A stretch of 64,000 nt of DNA, from the NCBI GenBank assembly GCA_041581055.1, contig JBFGCT010000001.1, positions 6,652 through 70,651 on the forward strand, read 5' to 3'. This document shows positions 38,451-48,145 of this stretch, piece after piece. Made by a program: the position numbers and the translations under genes. Under the pieces are notes generated by a model that had not been told where the DNA came from, did not search any database, and was given only the letters and a program-made list of their open reading frames with translations. Origin of the DNA: Ilumatobacteraceae bacterium. GTDB taxonomy: Bacteria > Actinomycetota > Acidimicrobiia > Acidimicrobiales > Ilumatobacteraceae. Positions within the stretch are counted from its first letter, which is position 1, and every line of letters starts with the position of its first letter.

Positions 38451-38701
38451 CAGCCGCCCCTCCGCTCGATGTATCTGGCGAGCACGGCCGTGCCGACGAA
38501 TCCGCCCAGCGCCACGATCAGCACGCTCGACACGACGAGACCCGAGTCGGGCCGGGCGGCGGCGATGATGACGCCGAGGATGATCGTCGACACGAACCCG
38601 TCGCTGGCGACGACTCGGTCGGGCAGCGACGGGCCCCGCAGGAGTCGGGTGACGAACAGCAGCCCCGCGAGCGACGTGAGCGCCAGTGCGACGGTGTTCA
38701 C
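38450..38701 (-). CDS. mrpF: Na+/H+ antiporter subunit F
   Basis: 83-aa hydrophobic protein from GTG 38701 (GTGA overlap with the mrpE stop). Operon position fits. Confidence 0.7.
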   Translation of the reverse strand: MNTVALALTSLAGLLFVTRLLRGPSLPDRVVASDGFVSTIILGVIIAAARPDSGLVVSSVLIVALGGFVGTAVLARYIERRGG

Positions 38702-39270
38702 GTCTCCTCCTCGGCGCGCTCGCGCACGGCGGCGTCGTGGCGCTGCAGCCCGAGCTCGGCGTGCGCCGCCTCGTCGGCGGTGCCGAAGGCGCGCAGCGCC
38801 CTCGCCTCGAGCTGCAGCACGTCGCGCCGGACGGCCTCGGGATCGTGGGTGAACATGCCGTGGACGTACAAGGTGGCGTCCTCGCCGTCCCGCTTCACCT
38901 CGACGGTCAGGGTGCCCGGGGTCAGCGTGATCGAGTTGGCGATGAGCGTCAGGACGTCGTCGGAGCGCCCACGCATCGGGACGGCGATGATGCCGGTGTG
39001 GGTGCCGACGCCGGGCGTCAGGATCTCCCACGCCAGCCGCAGGTTCGACTCGAGCAGGCTCAACCCGAGCAAGACGACGTACTTGACCGCGTGGAACGGG
39101 TTGAGGTGGGCGAACGGACGGTCGCTCTGCTCCCTCGGCGCCACCGCCACGACCGCGGCGGCGGCCAGCAGACCGCCGACCGCGTTCGCCACCGAGATGT
39201 CGTCCCACAGCGCGATCCACAACACGGTGAGCGCCAGCAGTTGGGCGGGCAGCCGGAGCGCGAGCCTCAC
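38698..39270 (-). CDS. mrpE: Na+/H+ antiporter subunit E
   Basis: LTVLWIALWDDISVANAVGG...ITLTPGTLTVEV is the MnhE signature. GTGA overlap with the mrpD stop. Confidence 0.8.
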   Translation of the reverse strand: MRLALRLPAQLLALTVLWIALWDDISVANAVGGLLAAAAVVAVAPREQSDRPFAHLNPFHAVKYVVLLGLSLLESNLRLAWEILTPGVGTHTGIIAVPMRGRSDDVLTLIANSITLTPGTLTVEVKRDGEDATLYVHGMFTHDPEAVRRDVLQLEARALRAFGTADEAAHAELGLQRHDAAVRERAEEET

Positions 39271-40757
39271 CGGTTCGCCCCCAGCACGGCTTCGGCGTAC
39301 AACGACGGGTCGAGCAGGTCTGCGCCGGCTCTGGCGGCGAGCTCGTAGATCGGGCCGGCCCACACGACGTAGGCGACCGACAGGGCCACGGTCGCGCCCG
39401 TCGCCGACATCATCAGCCACCAATGGTCGCGGTGCTCCTCCCGATGCGGTCGCTCCTCCTCCGCCTCGCCCCAGAACACGCCGGACCAGAGCTTGGTCAT
39501 CGAGTACAGCGTGAGCAGGCTGACGACCAGCGCGACGACGACGATCGGCCACTGCTCGATCGAGACACCGGCGTCGAGCAGCGCCAGCTTGCCGACGAAC
39601 CCCGACGACGGCGGGATGCCGGCGAGGCTGAGCGCGGGCAGCGCGAAGAACGCCGCGATGACCGGCGCGGTCCTGACGAGGCCGCCGATCTCCGACAGCC
39701 GGCTCGACCCCGCGTGGCGGTCGACCAGCCCGGCGACCAGGAACAGGTTGGTCTTCACCAGGACCGTTTGGATGATGTAGAAGACGACCGCCGTCACGCC
39801 GGCGACGGAGAGCAGGCCGAGGCCGAAGATCATGTAGCCGATCTGACCGACGATGTGGAACGACAGGATGCGTTTGATCTCGTCCTGGGCGAGCGCCCCG
39901 ACCACCCCGACGAGCATCGTCAGCGCGGCGACGACGAGCAGGATCGTGCCCTGCCGGGAGTCGAGTGGGAAGAGCAGCAATTGGGTGCGGATGATGGCGT
40001 ACACCCCGACCTTGGTGAGCAACGCGGCGAAGATCGCGGTGACCGGCCCCGGCGCGGTGGGATAGGAGTCGGGCAGCCAGAAGAACAGCGGGAACAACCC
40101 GGCCTTGACGCCGAAGACCACGATCAGCAGCAGCGAGAAGCCGGTTCGCACCCCGCTCGACAGCTCGGGCATCCGCTCGGAGAGGTCGGCCATGTTGACG
40201 GTGCCCGTGGCCGCGTAGATCAGCGCCAGGGCGGTGATGAACAGCGTCGACGCCAGCAGGCTGATGACGACGTACGTCATCCCGGACCGGACCTGGTCCT
40301 GACGACCCCCGAGCGTCATCAGCACGTAGCTCGCGGCGAGCATCGTCTCGAACGCGACGAACAGGTTGAACAGGTCGCCGGTGATGAAGCTGGCCGCGAT
40401 GCCGGCGGCGAGCACGAGGTACGTCGGGTGGAACGCCGAGTGCTGGACCTCGACGTCGCGCTGGCCGATCGCGAACAGGAGCACGAGCACCAGCATCAAC
40501 GACGAGACGACGAGCATGATGCCCGACAGCCGGTCGACGACCAGGCTGATCCCGAGCGGGGCCGGCCACCCGCCGGCCTGTGTGGTCACGACCGCGTCGG
40601 TGTCGGCGCGGACGAGCAACGCGACCGAGGCGGCGACGACCGTCGAGAGCGCGGCCACGCTGATCGCCCGCTGGGCGCGGCGCGACCGGGAGAAGATGAT
40701 CGAGACGCCCGCGGCGAACAGGGGGGCGATGATCGGGAACGGGATCAACGCGTTCAC
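39267..40757 (-). CDS. mrpD: Na+/H+ antiporter subunit D (NuoN/NuoM-like)
   Basis: 496-aa polytopic ORF with proton-pump-type motifs (WLPDSYPTAPGPVTAIFAALLTKVGVY). Confidence 0.9.
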   Translation of the reverse strand: MNALIPFPIIAPLFAAGVSIIFSRSRRAQRAISVAALSTVVAASVALLVRADTDAVVTTQAGGWPAPLGISLVVDRLSGIMLVVSSLMLVLVLLFAIGQRDVEVQHSAFHPTYLVLAAGIAASFITGDLFNLFVAFETMLAASYVLMTLGGRQDQVRSGMTYVVISLLASTLFITALALIYAATGTVNMADLSERMPELSSGVRTGFSLLLIVVFGVKAGLFPLFFWLPDSYPTAPGPVTAIFAALLTKVGVYAIIRTQLLLFPLDSRQGTILLVVAALTMLVGVVGALAQDEIKRILSFHIVGQIGYMIFGLGLLSVAGVTAVVFYIIQTVLVKTNLFLVAGLVDRHAGSSRLSEIGGLVRTAPVIAAFFALPALSLAGIPPSSGFVGKLALLDAGVSIEQWPIVVVALVVSLLTLYSMTKLWSGVFWGEAEEERPHREEHRDHWWLMMSATGATVALSVAYVVWAGPIYELAARAGADLLDPSLYAEAVLGANR

Positions 40758-41248
40758 GGTTCACCCCCGTCGTAGGGCCGTTCCGGGCCCGGTCGGGGCG
40801 ACGGGATCGACTCGATGTCGTACAGGTCGTCGTCGTCGGCGGAGTCGGCGGAGTGTTCGAGGTCGGCGAGCTGGGCGTCGGCCAGATCACGGCTGAGGCG
40901 ACGGCGCGTCGCGATGAGGCGGTCTTCGATGTCGTCGGCCACGAGGTCGTCGTGGGTGAGCTGCCAGCTGCGGTAGGCCATCGCCAGGAGGAACGCCGTG
41001 ACACCGAACGTGATGACGATCGCGGTCAGCGCGAGGGCCTGCGGGAGCGGGTCGGCGAAGTCGGCCTCGTCGCCGCTCCCGATCAGCGGCGGGATGCCGC
41101 CCCGCCCGCCGGAGGTGATGAGCAGGATGTTGGTCCCGTGGCTGACCAGCCCGAGCCCGATGATGATCCGCGTCAGCCGGCGCTGGAGGAGCAACCAGGT
41201 CCCGATGCCGAACAGCGCGGCGGCGGTGAACGCCAGCAGTACCGTCAT
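40754..41248 (-). CDS. mrpC: Na+/H+ antiporter subunit C (NuoK-like) with acidic C-terminal extension
   Basis: MTVLLAFTAAALFGIGTWLLLQRRLTRIIIGLGLVSHGTNILL. Start taken at ATG 41248. The last ~55 aa are acidic and non-membrane. Confidence 0.8.
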   Translation of the reverse strand: MTVLLAFTAAALFGIGTWLLLQRRLTRIIIGLGLVSHGTNILLITSGGRGGIPPLIGSGDEADFADPLPQALALTAIVITFGVTAFLLAMAYRSWQLTHDDLVADDIEDRLIATRRRLSRDLADAQLADLEHSADSADDDDLYDIESIPSPRPGPERPYDGGEP

Positions 41249-41772
41249 GACCGGCCGCCCCAGGACGTGCCGGGCGGTCGGCGCCCGATCCGGTACTCCT
41301 CGAGCCCGTGCGACGCGGCCTGCTTCGGCGCCTCGACCTCGTCGAGTTCGCTGTCGAGATCCTCGCCGAACGCCTCGAACGCCATCAGCACGAGCCCGAG
41401 CACGACGAAGTAGACGCCGATGTCGAACGTCAGCGCCGACGTCACCTTCACGTGGTGGAGCAGCGGCAGATCGCCTTCGAGCTTGGCGTGCTCGAGCGCG
41501 TTGTTCCCGGTGAGCAACGGGACGATGACCGTCGTCAGCGCGATCGTCAGGCCGCCGCCGAGGATCGTCGAGGGCCGGACGCGGAACGAGTCCCGCACGG
41601 CCCGCACGCCGCCCTGCACGTACCGCAACGAGATGCCGGCCCCCGCCGCCAACCCGCCGACGAAGCCGCCGCCCGGCTGGTTGTGCCCGGCGAACAGGAA
41701 GTACAGCGAGAGCACCAGGATCGCCGGGTACAGGATGCGGACCGCCACATCGAGGATCGGCAGCCGGCTCAC
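41245..41772 (-). CDS. mrpB: Na+/H+ antiporter subunit B
   Basis: ILVLSLYFLFAGHNQPGGGFVGGL is the MnhB signature. Confidence 0.85.
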   Translation of the reverse strand: MSRLPILDVAVRILYPAILVLSLYFLFAGHNQPGGGFVGGLAAGAGISLRYVQGGVRAVRDSFRVRPSTILGGGLTIALTTVIVPLLTGNNALEHAKLEGDLPLLHHVKVTSALTFDIGVYFVVLGLVLMAFEAFGEDLDSELDEVEAPKQAASHGLEEYRIGRRPPGTSWGGRS

Positions 41773-41797
41773 AGCACCACCTCGCGCCCGTCACGCG

Positions 41798-44149
41798 TCA
41801 TGTCACGACCTCGTGCCCGCCACGCCGGCGGCGCCCGACGCGCGCCAGCGACACCGCTCCGACCGCGGCGACGACGAGGACGGTGATCTCGCCCATCGTG
41901 TCGAACCCGCGGAAGTCGACGAGGATCACGTTGACGACGTTGTTGCCGTCGCCGTCCGGTTTCGACCGGGCGATCATCTCGCCGGAGATCGACGGCGCCG
42001 CGACGTCGCTGCGGGCGGCGCTGGCGACGAGCGCATAGACGAACACCGCGGCGGCGACCAGGAACGACACCACGAGCCGCACCGGCCGGACGATCGCCGG
42101 CGCCAGGTCGACGAACCGCGCCGGCAGGAACCGCAGGACGAGGACGAACAGGACGGTGCCGAGCGTCTCGATCGCGAACTGGGTGAGCGCGAGGTCGGGC
42201 GCGCCGCGCACCTCGTACAGCCCGGCCATCGCGAAGCCGACGGCGCTGAGCATCACGACCGCGGCGATCCGCCGCTCGACCAGCGCCGCGCCGAGCGCCG
42301 CGCCGACGATGATCGCGACGAGCGGAACTTGAATCGGGTCCTCGACCCAGTCGGGAAGCGCGTCGAGCTCGCCGACCATCGGCACGAGCGGAACGATCGC
42401 CACCGTCGAGAGGATGACGAGCAGGTAGGCGGGAAGCGAGCCGGACTGCACGAACGCGGTGGTCCGGTTGGCGGTCGCCTCGATCGACCGGAGGACGGCA
42501 ACGAACCCGTCGTCGCCGCTCGGCAGTCTCGCCAGCCGGCTGTGCGCCGCGGCCTGGCCGCGTTCGACCGCGTCGCGGAACCAGGTCAGCGCGAGTCCCG
42601 CTCCGATCACGAGGAGCGAGAGCGAGAACGCCGTGTTGAACCCGCTCCACAGCTTGACCGTCGACGGCGAGGCGACCGGGTCGATGGCGATCGTCGCCGC
42701 CCCGACGAGGTCGTCGACCAGCACCGGCGCGAGCCCGGTGGCGATCGTGACGACCGTGAGGACGGCGGCCGGACCGTAGAAGAGGAGCGGCGGCGGCGGC
42801 GCCGTCCGGCTTGCCGGCGCCTCGGCGTCCTCGGCGTCCTCGGCGTCCTCGGCGAGGTGGCCGAGGAGGCCGAGGACGTAGCGCGCGGAGTAGGCGAACG
42901 TGAGCATCGAGCCGAGCACGATCACGACGAGCACCGCCGCGCCCCCGGTGAACCCGCCGTGTTCGAGGTAGGTGTCGAGCGCCTTCTCCTTGGAGATGAA
43001 CCCGAGCAGCGGCGGGATCCCGGCCATCGACGCCGCGCCGATCAGCGCCATCGCCTTGACCGGCGCCCAACCGGGGCCGAACCCGCCCAGCCGGCGCACG
43101 TCCCGCGTCCCCGCCTGGTGGTCGACGATGCCGACGAGCATGAACAGCGTCGCCTTGAACGCGCCGTGGGCGAGCAGGAGCACGACCCCCGCCTGGGCGA
43201 TCTTGTACTCCCCCGTGCCGAACAGGAGCATCATGAAGCCGAGTTGGCTCACCGTGCCGTAGGCGAGCAGCAGCTTGAGATCGTGCTGGCGCAGCGCCCG
43301 CAACCCGCCGATGATCATCGTCGCCGACCCGACGATCAGGACGAGCGCCCGCCAGTGACCGGTCGAGGCGAGGATCGGCGACATCCGGGCGACGAGGTAC
43401 ACCCCGGCCTTGACCATCGTCGCCGAGTGGAGGTACGTGCTCACCGGCGTCGGCGCGACCATCGCCGCCGGGAGCCAGCTGCTGAACGGCGCCTGGGCCG
43501 ACTTGGTGAACGCCCCGACCAGCACGCAGACGACCGCCGCGCCGACCGCGCCCCCGGAGGGCGGCGACTCGAGCATCTCCGAGATCCGGTACGTGTCGGC
43601 GCTCTGGCCGAGGATGATCAGGCCGAGCAGCAACGCGAGGCCGCCCGACCCGGTGATGAAGATCGCCTGCAGCGCGGCGGCCCGCGCCCGGGGGTTGCGG
43701 TCCGCGTTACCGATCAGCAGGTACGACGTGATCGACGTCAGCTCCCACGCGACGAACAGGGCGAGCAGATGGTCGGTCAGGACCACGCCGAGCATCGCCC
43801 CGGCGAACAGCGTGATCAGGCCGGCGAGGCGGGCCTGACCCGGCTCGATGTGGGCGAAGTAGGCGACCGAGTAGACGCACACCAGCAACCCGATGCCCGA
43901 CACCAGCAGCAACATCACCAGCGCCAGCGCGTCGAACCGGAGGTCGAGCGAGAGGTCGAGGCCGTCGATCCAGACGACCGACTCGTCCACCGGCCGCCCG
44001 TCGAGCACCCCGCCCGAGCGAGCGAGCGCCCAGACGAGCGCCGCCGCCGGGGCGACCGCGGCGACGAGGAACGCCCGCCGCCCGAGCCGGTCGCCGGACA
44101 ACATGATCCCGACGCCGACGACGAGGTGGAGGATGAGGACGGCGAACAT
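41798..44149 (-). CDS. mrpA: Na+/H+ antiporter subunit A (NuoL-like)
   Basis: 783-aa polytopic ORF with WLPAAMVAPTPVSTYLHSATMVKAGVY. It contains an in-frame AEDAEDAEDAE repeat. Confidence 0.9.
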   Translation of the reverse strand: MFAVLILHLVVGVGIMLSGDRLGRRAFLVAAVAPAAALVWALARSGGVLDGRPVDESVVWIDGLDLSLDLRFDALALVMLLLVSGIGLLVCVYSVAYFAHIEPGQARLAGLITLFAGAMLGVVLTDHLLALFVAWELTSITSYLLIGNADRNPRARAAALQAIFITGSGGLALLLGLIILGQSADTYRISEMLESPPSGGAVGAAVVCVLVGAFTKSAQAPFSSWLPAAMVAPTPVSTYLHSATMVKAGVYLVARMSPILASTGHWRALVLIVGSATMIIGGLRALRQHDLKLLLAYGTVSQLGFMMLLFGTGEYKIAQAGVVLLLAHGAFKATLFMLVGIVDHQAGTRDVRRLGGFGPGWAPVKAMALIGAASMAGIPPLLGFISKEKALDTYLEHGGFTGGAAVLVVIVLGSMLTFAYSARYVLGLLGHLAEDAEDAEDAEAPASRTAPPPPLLFYGPAAVLTVVTIATGLAPVLVDDLVGAATIAIDPVASPSTVKLWSGFNTAFSLSLLVIGAGLALTWFRDAVERGQAAAHSRLARLPSGDDGFVAVLRSIEATANRTTAFVQSGSLPAYLLVILSTVAIVPLVPMVGELDALPDWVEDPIQVPLVAIIVGAALGAALVERRIAAVVMLSAVGFAMAGLYEVRGAPDLALTQFAIETLGTVLFVLVLRFLPARFVDLAPAIVRPVRLVVSFLVAAAVFVYALVASAARSDVAAPSISGEMIARSKPDGDGNNVVNVILVDFRGFDTMGEITVLVVAAVGAVSLARVGRRRRGGHEVVT

Positions 44150-44278
44150 GCGAGGCTGGCGGGGCGTTCCGGACGCGACCTGGCACGATACGGCCCCGGA
44201 ACGAACTCCGTGATCAACGATCGTGGCCGGTGGAGGACGACTTGGCGTAGTTACCCGCCGGTAACTATCGTCAAGGGC

Positions 44279-45130
44279 ATGGCTGAGATATCACGCGTCG
44301 GAGTGCTCGGTTCGGGGATCATGGGCTCCGGGCTGGCCGAAGTGGTCGCGCGCTCCGGGCGCGACGTGGTCGTGCGCTCGCGCAGCCAGCTCAGCGCCGA
44401 CTCGATGCTGGTCGACCTCGACACCCGCTTGGCCAAGCAGGTGCAGCGGGGCAAGCTCGACGACGAGTCGATGCATCAGATCAGGGGGCGGGTCACCGCC
44501 ACCGACGACCTCGCCGCCTTCGGCGACTGCGACTTGGTCATCGAGAGCATCATCGAGGACCTCGATCACAAGCGCGAGCATTTCAAAGCGCTCGACGAGG
44601 TGACCAAGCCCGACGCGATCCTCGCCACCAACACGTCGACGCTGCCGGTTGTCGAGCTGGCGATGGCCACGCAACGACCGGAGAAGGTGTGTGGCATCCA
44701 CTTCTTCAACCCGGCGCCGGTGATGTCGCTCGTCGAGGTGGTCCGTCCGATCACCGCTAGCGACGAGACGATCGAGACGGCGATCGCGTTCGCCCGGTCC
44801 TGCGGCAAGGACGCGGTCGAGGTCCAGGACCGGGCCGGCTTCGTCGTCAACGCGCTGCTGTTTCCGTACCTCAACAACGCCGTGAGGATGCTCGAGCAGG
44901 GGACCGCGTCGATGGAGGCGATCGACACGGCGATGACGGGCGGCTGCAACTTCCCGATGGGCCCGTTCGCGCTCCTCGACCTGGTCGGGCTCGACACGTC
45001 GGTGGCCATCCTCGACGCCCTGTACGAGGAGTTCCGCGACCCCAACTACGCGGCGATGCCGACGCTGCGGCGCATGGTCGCCGCCGGGCATCTCGGCCGC
45101 AAGTCCGGCCGTGGGTTCCGAACGTACTGA
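44279..45130 (+). CDS. 3-hydroxybutyryl-CoA / 3-hydroxyacyl-CoA dehydrogenase
   Basis: VGVLGSGIMGSGLAEV Rossmann motif, then NTSTLPV and HFFNPAPVMSLVEV. It is the C-terminal 283 aa of the listed 1236-aa shadow-extended ORF. Confidence 0.85.
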   Translation: MAEISRVGVLGSGIMGSGLAEVVARSGRDVVVRSRSQLSADSMLVDLDTRLAKQVQRGKLDDESMHQIRGRVTATDDLAAFGDCDLVIESIIEDLDHKREHFKALDEVTKPDAILATNTSTLPVVELAMATQRPEKVCGIHFFNPAPVMSLVEVVRPITASDETIETAIAFARSCGKDAVEVQDRAGFVVNALLFPYLNNAVRMLEQGTASMEAIDTAMTGGCNFPMGPFALLDLVGLDTSVAILDALYEEFRDPNYAAMPTLRRMVAAGHLGRKSGRGFRTY

Positions 45131-45206
45131 GTGACGCGCCCGGTGGCGCACCCGAATTCGCGTCCGGCTTGCCTCAGCCGGCCGGGGAGTTGCAAGACTC
45201 GGACTC

Positions 45207-45875
45207 GTGAGCAGCGCCGTCGGACCGCGAAGGGAGCCCCCGGCCTCCCGGTACGCGATGCCGAACCCGCTCGTCGCGCCGCCCGGCGTCGACCTCATCG
45301 CGATGGGCGCGGACCTCGCGCCCGGCACGTTGCTCGCCGCATACCGCGCCGGGCTGTTCCCGATGCCGGACGACCCGGCGACGCGCGGCGGCAAGATCGC
45401 GTGGTACTCACCCGACCCGCGCGGCGTGTTGCCCCTCGACGGCCTCCGCGTCAGCCACTCGCTGCGCAAGCACGTGAAGCGGTTCGAGGTGCGCCACGAC
45501 ACCGCGTTCCGCCAGGTGATGCTCGGCTGCGCCGACGATCGCCGTCCCGGCCGGTGGATCAACGCCGACTTCGTCGAGGCGTACTGCGAGCTCCACCGTC
45601 TCGGGTGGGCGCACTCGGTCGAGACGTATCGCGACGGGGAGCTGGTCGGCGGGCTCTACGGCGTCCAGGTCGGCGCGTTCTTCGCCGGCGAGTCGATGTT
45701 CCATCGGGAGACCGACGCGTCGAAGGTCGCCCTCGTGCGCCTCGTCGAACGGCTGAACGACATCGGGGCGCGGCTGCTCGACGTGCAGTGGACCACCCCG
45801 CACCTCGAGTCGCTCGGCGCCGTCTCCGTGCCACGGCCGACGTATCTGACGATGCTCGCCGACGCGATCGGCTGA
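45207..45875 (+). CDS. aat: Leucyl/phenylalanyl-tRNA--protein transferase
   Basis: LLAAYRAGLFPM, WYSPDPRGVL, GESMFHRETDASKVAL. Confidence 0.85.
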   Translation: MSSAVGPRREPPASRYAMPNPLVAPPGVDLIAMGADLAPGTLLAAYRAGLFPMPDDPATRGGKIAWYSPDPRGVLPLDGLRVSHSLRKHVKRFEVRHDTAFRQVMLGCADDRRPGRWINADFVEAYCELHRLGWAHSVETYRDGELVGGLYGVQVGAFFAGESMFHRETDASKVALVRLVERLNDIGARLLDVQWTTPHLESLGAVSVPRPTYLTMLADAIG

Positions 45876-45896
45876 CACCGACTCGAAAATGACACG

Positions 45897-45962
45897 GAGC
45901 GGGCGGTCCGCCAACCGCCCGCTCCGAGACCATCGCCGGCCGAATCCGCCATTCGGCCGGCG
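45897..45962 (+). terminator. Two consecutive GC-rich hairpins downstream of aat (possible factor-independent terminator without U-tract)
   Basis: GGAGCGGGCGG-8nt-CCGCCCGCTCC (45897-45926) and CGCCGGCCGAAT-5nt-ATTCGGCCGGCG (45934-45962). Confidence 0.4.
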
Positions 45963-46128
45963 GGGTTCCCGCCAAGGGAAACCGTGACGGCCCTGCGCGT
46001 CGCCAAGGGGGAGGACGAAGCCTGGGCCGTGTTTCCTGTGCGTCACCTGCTCGGTGGGCACAAAGCATTCATCGGACCCCTTCCCCGGAACTTGAGGAGA
46101 TGTTGCCCGACGGGCGACACTTACGAGA

Positions 46129-48132
46129 ATGAGCCCCGCCGCCGACGACCCGGCCTCCGACCGGCCGCCCGACCGGACGTCGCGGCCGCGAGACCGTCCG
46201 TGGACGATGCGCACCTACTCCGGCCACTCCAGCGCCGCCGCCTCGAACGAGCTCTACCGCACGAACCTCGCCAGGGGCCAGACCGGGTTGTCGATCGCGT
46301 TCGACCTCCCGACCCAGACCGGCTACGACCCCGACTCGCCGATGTCGCGGGGCGAGGTCGGCAAGGTCGGCGTGCCCGTCGCCCACCTCGGCCACATGCG
46401 GACCCTGCTGGCCGCGATCCCGCCGGACCAGATGAACACCTCGATGACGATCAACGCGACCGCCGCGTGGCTCCTGGCGCTGTACGTCGCCAACGCCGAC
46501 GAGCAGGGCGTTGCGCCGGGCGTGCTGCGCGGCACGACCCAGAACGACATCGTCAAGGAATACCTCTCGCGGGGCACGCACATCTTTCCACCGGCGCCGT
46601 CGCGGAGGCTGATCGTCGACATGGTCGCCTGGTGCTCCGAGCACGCCCCGAAGTGGAACCCGATGAACGTCTGCTCGTATCACCTGCAGGAGGCCGGGGC
46701 GACGCCGGTCCAGGAGATCGCCTATGCGATGGCGACGGCGATCGGGGTCCTCGACGCCGTGCGGGAGTCCGGCCAGGTGGCCGACGAGCGGTTCACCCGC
46801 GTCTTCGGCGCCACGTCGTTCTTCGTCAACGCCGGGATCCGATTCGTCGAGGAGGTGTGCAAGCTCCGGGCGATGACCGAGATGTGGGAGCAGATCGGGC
46901 GGGAGCGGTACGGCGTGACCGACGAGAGAGCGCTGCGCTTCCGGTACGGCGTGCAGGTCAACTCGCTCGGGCTCACCGAGGCGCAGCCCGAGAACAACGT
47001 GCCGCGGATCGTGCTCGAGATGCTCGCCGTCACGCTGTCGAAGAACGCCCGGGCCCGGTCGGTGCAGCTCCCGGCGTGGAACGAGGCGCTCGGCCTGCCG
47101 CGCCCGTGGGACCAGCAATGGTCGCTGCGCATGCAGCAGGTGCTCGCCTACGAGACCGACCTGCTCGAGTACGACGACATCTTCGACGGCTCGCACGTCG
47201 TCGAGGCGCGCACGGCCGAGCTGCGCGGCGCGGCGCAGGCCGAGCTCGACGACGTGTTGTCGCTCGGCGGCGCGTTCGAGGCGGTCGACACGCTGAAGTC
47301 GCGGCTGGTGTCGTCGATGGCGGCGCGGACGCGGCGGATCGAGTCAGGCGAGCAAACCGTCGTCGGGGTGAACGAGTTCGTCGAGACCGCCGAGTCGCCG
47401 CTCGGGGGCGCGGGTGCGATCCTCACGGTCGACGAGCGGGTCGAGGCCGAGCTGGTCGACGACCTGCGGCGCTGGCGCGGCGATCGCGATCAGGAGCGCG
47501 TCGACGCCGCGCTCGCCGGGCTGCGGCGGGCGGCCGAGGACGGCGACAACATCATGCCGCCCTCGATCGAGCTGGCGCGGGCCGGCGGCACCACCGGCGA
47601 GTGGGGCGACGTCATGCGCGCCGTGTTCGGCGAGTACCGGGCACCGACCGGCGTCGGCGCCGGCCACGGGGCGGGCGGCGCGGCCGGCGCGCTCCGCGCC
47701 GTCGCCGAGTACGTCCGCTCGATTCCGGGCGGGCCACCGAAGTTCCTCGTCGCCAAGCCCGGCCTCGACGGGCACTCCAACGGCGCCGAGCAGATCACCG
47801 TCGCCGCCCGCGACTCGGGCATGGAGGTCGTCTACTCGGGCATCCGGTCGACGGCGGAGCAGATCGCCGCCTCGGCGCGCGACGAGGATCCCGACGTGAT
47901 CGGGCTGTCGATCCTGTCGGGCTCGCACCTCGCGCTCGTGCCCGACGTGCTCGCCCGCCTGCGCTCGATCGGCGTCGACGCGCCGGTCGTGGTCGGCGGG
48001 ATCATCCCCGAGGACGACCGGGCTCGCCTGACCGCGATGGGCGTCGCCGCGGTCTACACGCCGAAGGACTTCGAGTTCGCGACGATCATGCGCGAGGTCG
48101 CCGACCTCGCCGTCGCCCACCGCTCCGCGTGA
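46129..48132 (+). CDS. B12-dependent acyl-CoA mutase, fused catalytic and cobalamin-binding domains (MeaA/ethylmalonyl-CoA-mutase-like)
   Basis: RPWTMRTYSGHSSAAASNELYRTNLARGQTGLSIAFDLPTQTGYDPD, and C-terminal LVAKPGLDGHSNGAEQI (DxHxxG-type B12 domain). The subfamily assignment is from memory only. Confidence 0.85.
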   Translation: MSPAADDPASDRPPDRTSRPRDRPWTMRTYSGHSSAAASNELYRTNLARGQTGLSIAFDLPTQTGYDPDSPMSRGEVGKVGVPVAHLGHMRTLLAAIPPDQMNTSMTINATAAWLLALYVANADEQGVAPGVLRGTTQNDIVKEYLSRGTHIFPPAPSRRLIVDMVAWCSEHAPKWNPMNVCSYHLQEAGATPVQEIAYAMATAIGVLDAVRESGQVADERFTRVFGATSFFVNAGIRFVEEVCKLRAMTEMWEQIGRERYGVTDERALRFRYGVQVNSLGLTEAQPENNVPRIVLEMLAVTLSKNARARSVQLPAWNEALGLPRPWDQQWSLRMQQVLAYETDLLEYDDIFDGSHVVEARTAELRGAAQAELDDVLSLGGAFEAVDTLKSRLVSSMAARTRRIESGEQTVVGVNEFVETAESPLGGAGAILTVDERVEAELVDDLRRWRGDRDQERVDAALAGLRRAAEDGDNIMPPSIELARAGGTTGEWGDVMRAVFGEYRAPTGVGAGHGAGGAAGALRAVAEYVRSIPGGPPKFLVAKPGLDGHSNGAEQITVAARDSGMEVVYSGIRSTAEQIAASARDEDPDVIGLSILSGSHLALVPDVLARLRSIGVDAPVVVGGIIPEDDRARLTAMGVAAVYTPKDFEFATIMREVADLAVAHRSA

Positions 48133-48145
48133 CCGCCGGCGTCAG

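Noticed and set aside
42831-42857. 9-bp tandem repeat (CTCGGCGTC x3) inside mrpA
   Set aside because: It is an in-frame coding repeat giving AEDAEDAEDAE in a loop of MrpA. This is a trivial low-complexity expansion with no evident regulatory meaning.
41420-45130. Listed 1236-aa plus-strand ORF across the mrp operon
   Set aside because: Only the last 283 aa (from 44279) look like a real protein (3-hydroxyacyl-CoA dehydrogenase). The rest is an Arg/Asp/Glu/Pro-rich shadow antisense to mrpA and mrpB.
45963-46128. Cobalamin riboswitch upstream of the B12-dependent mutase
   Set aside because: AAGGGAAACCGTGA and GAAGCCTGGGCC vaguely recall the GGGAA...GGTG core and the B12 box. However, the candidate spans only ~60 nt, lacks the pairing partners and the canonical GCCACTG element, and B12-dependent enzymes are not usual riboswitch targets.
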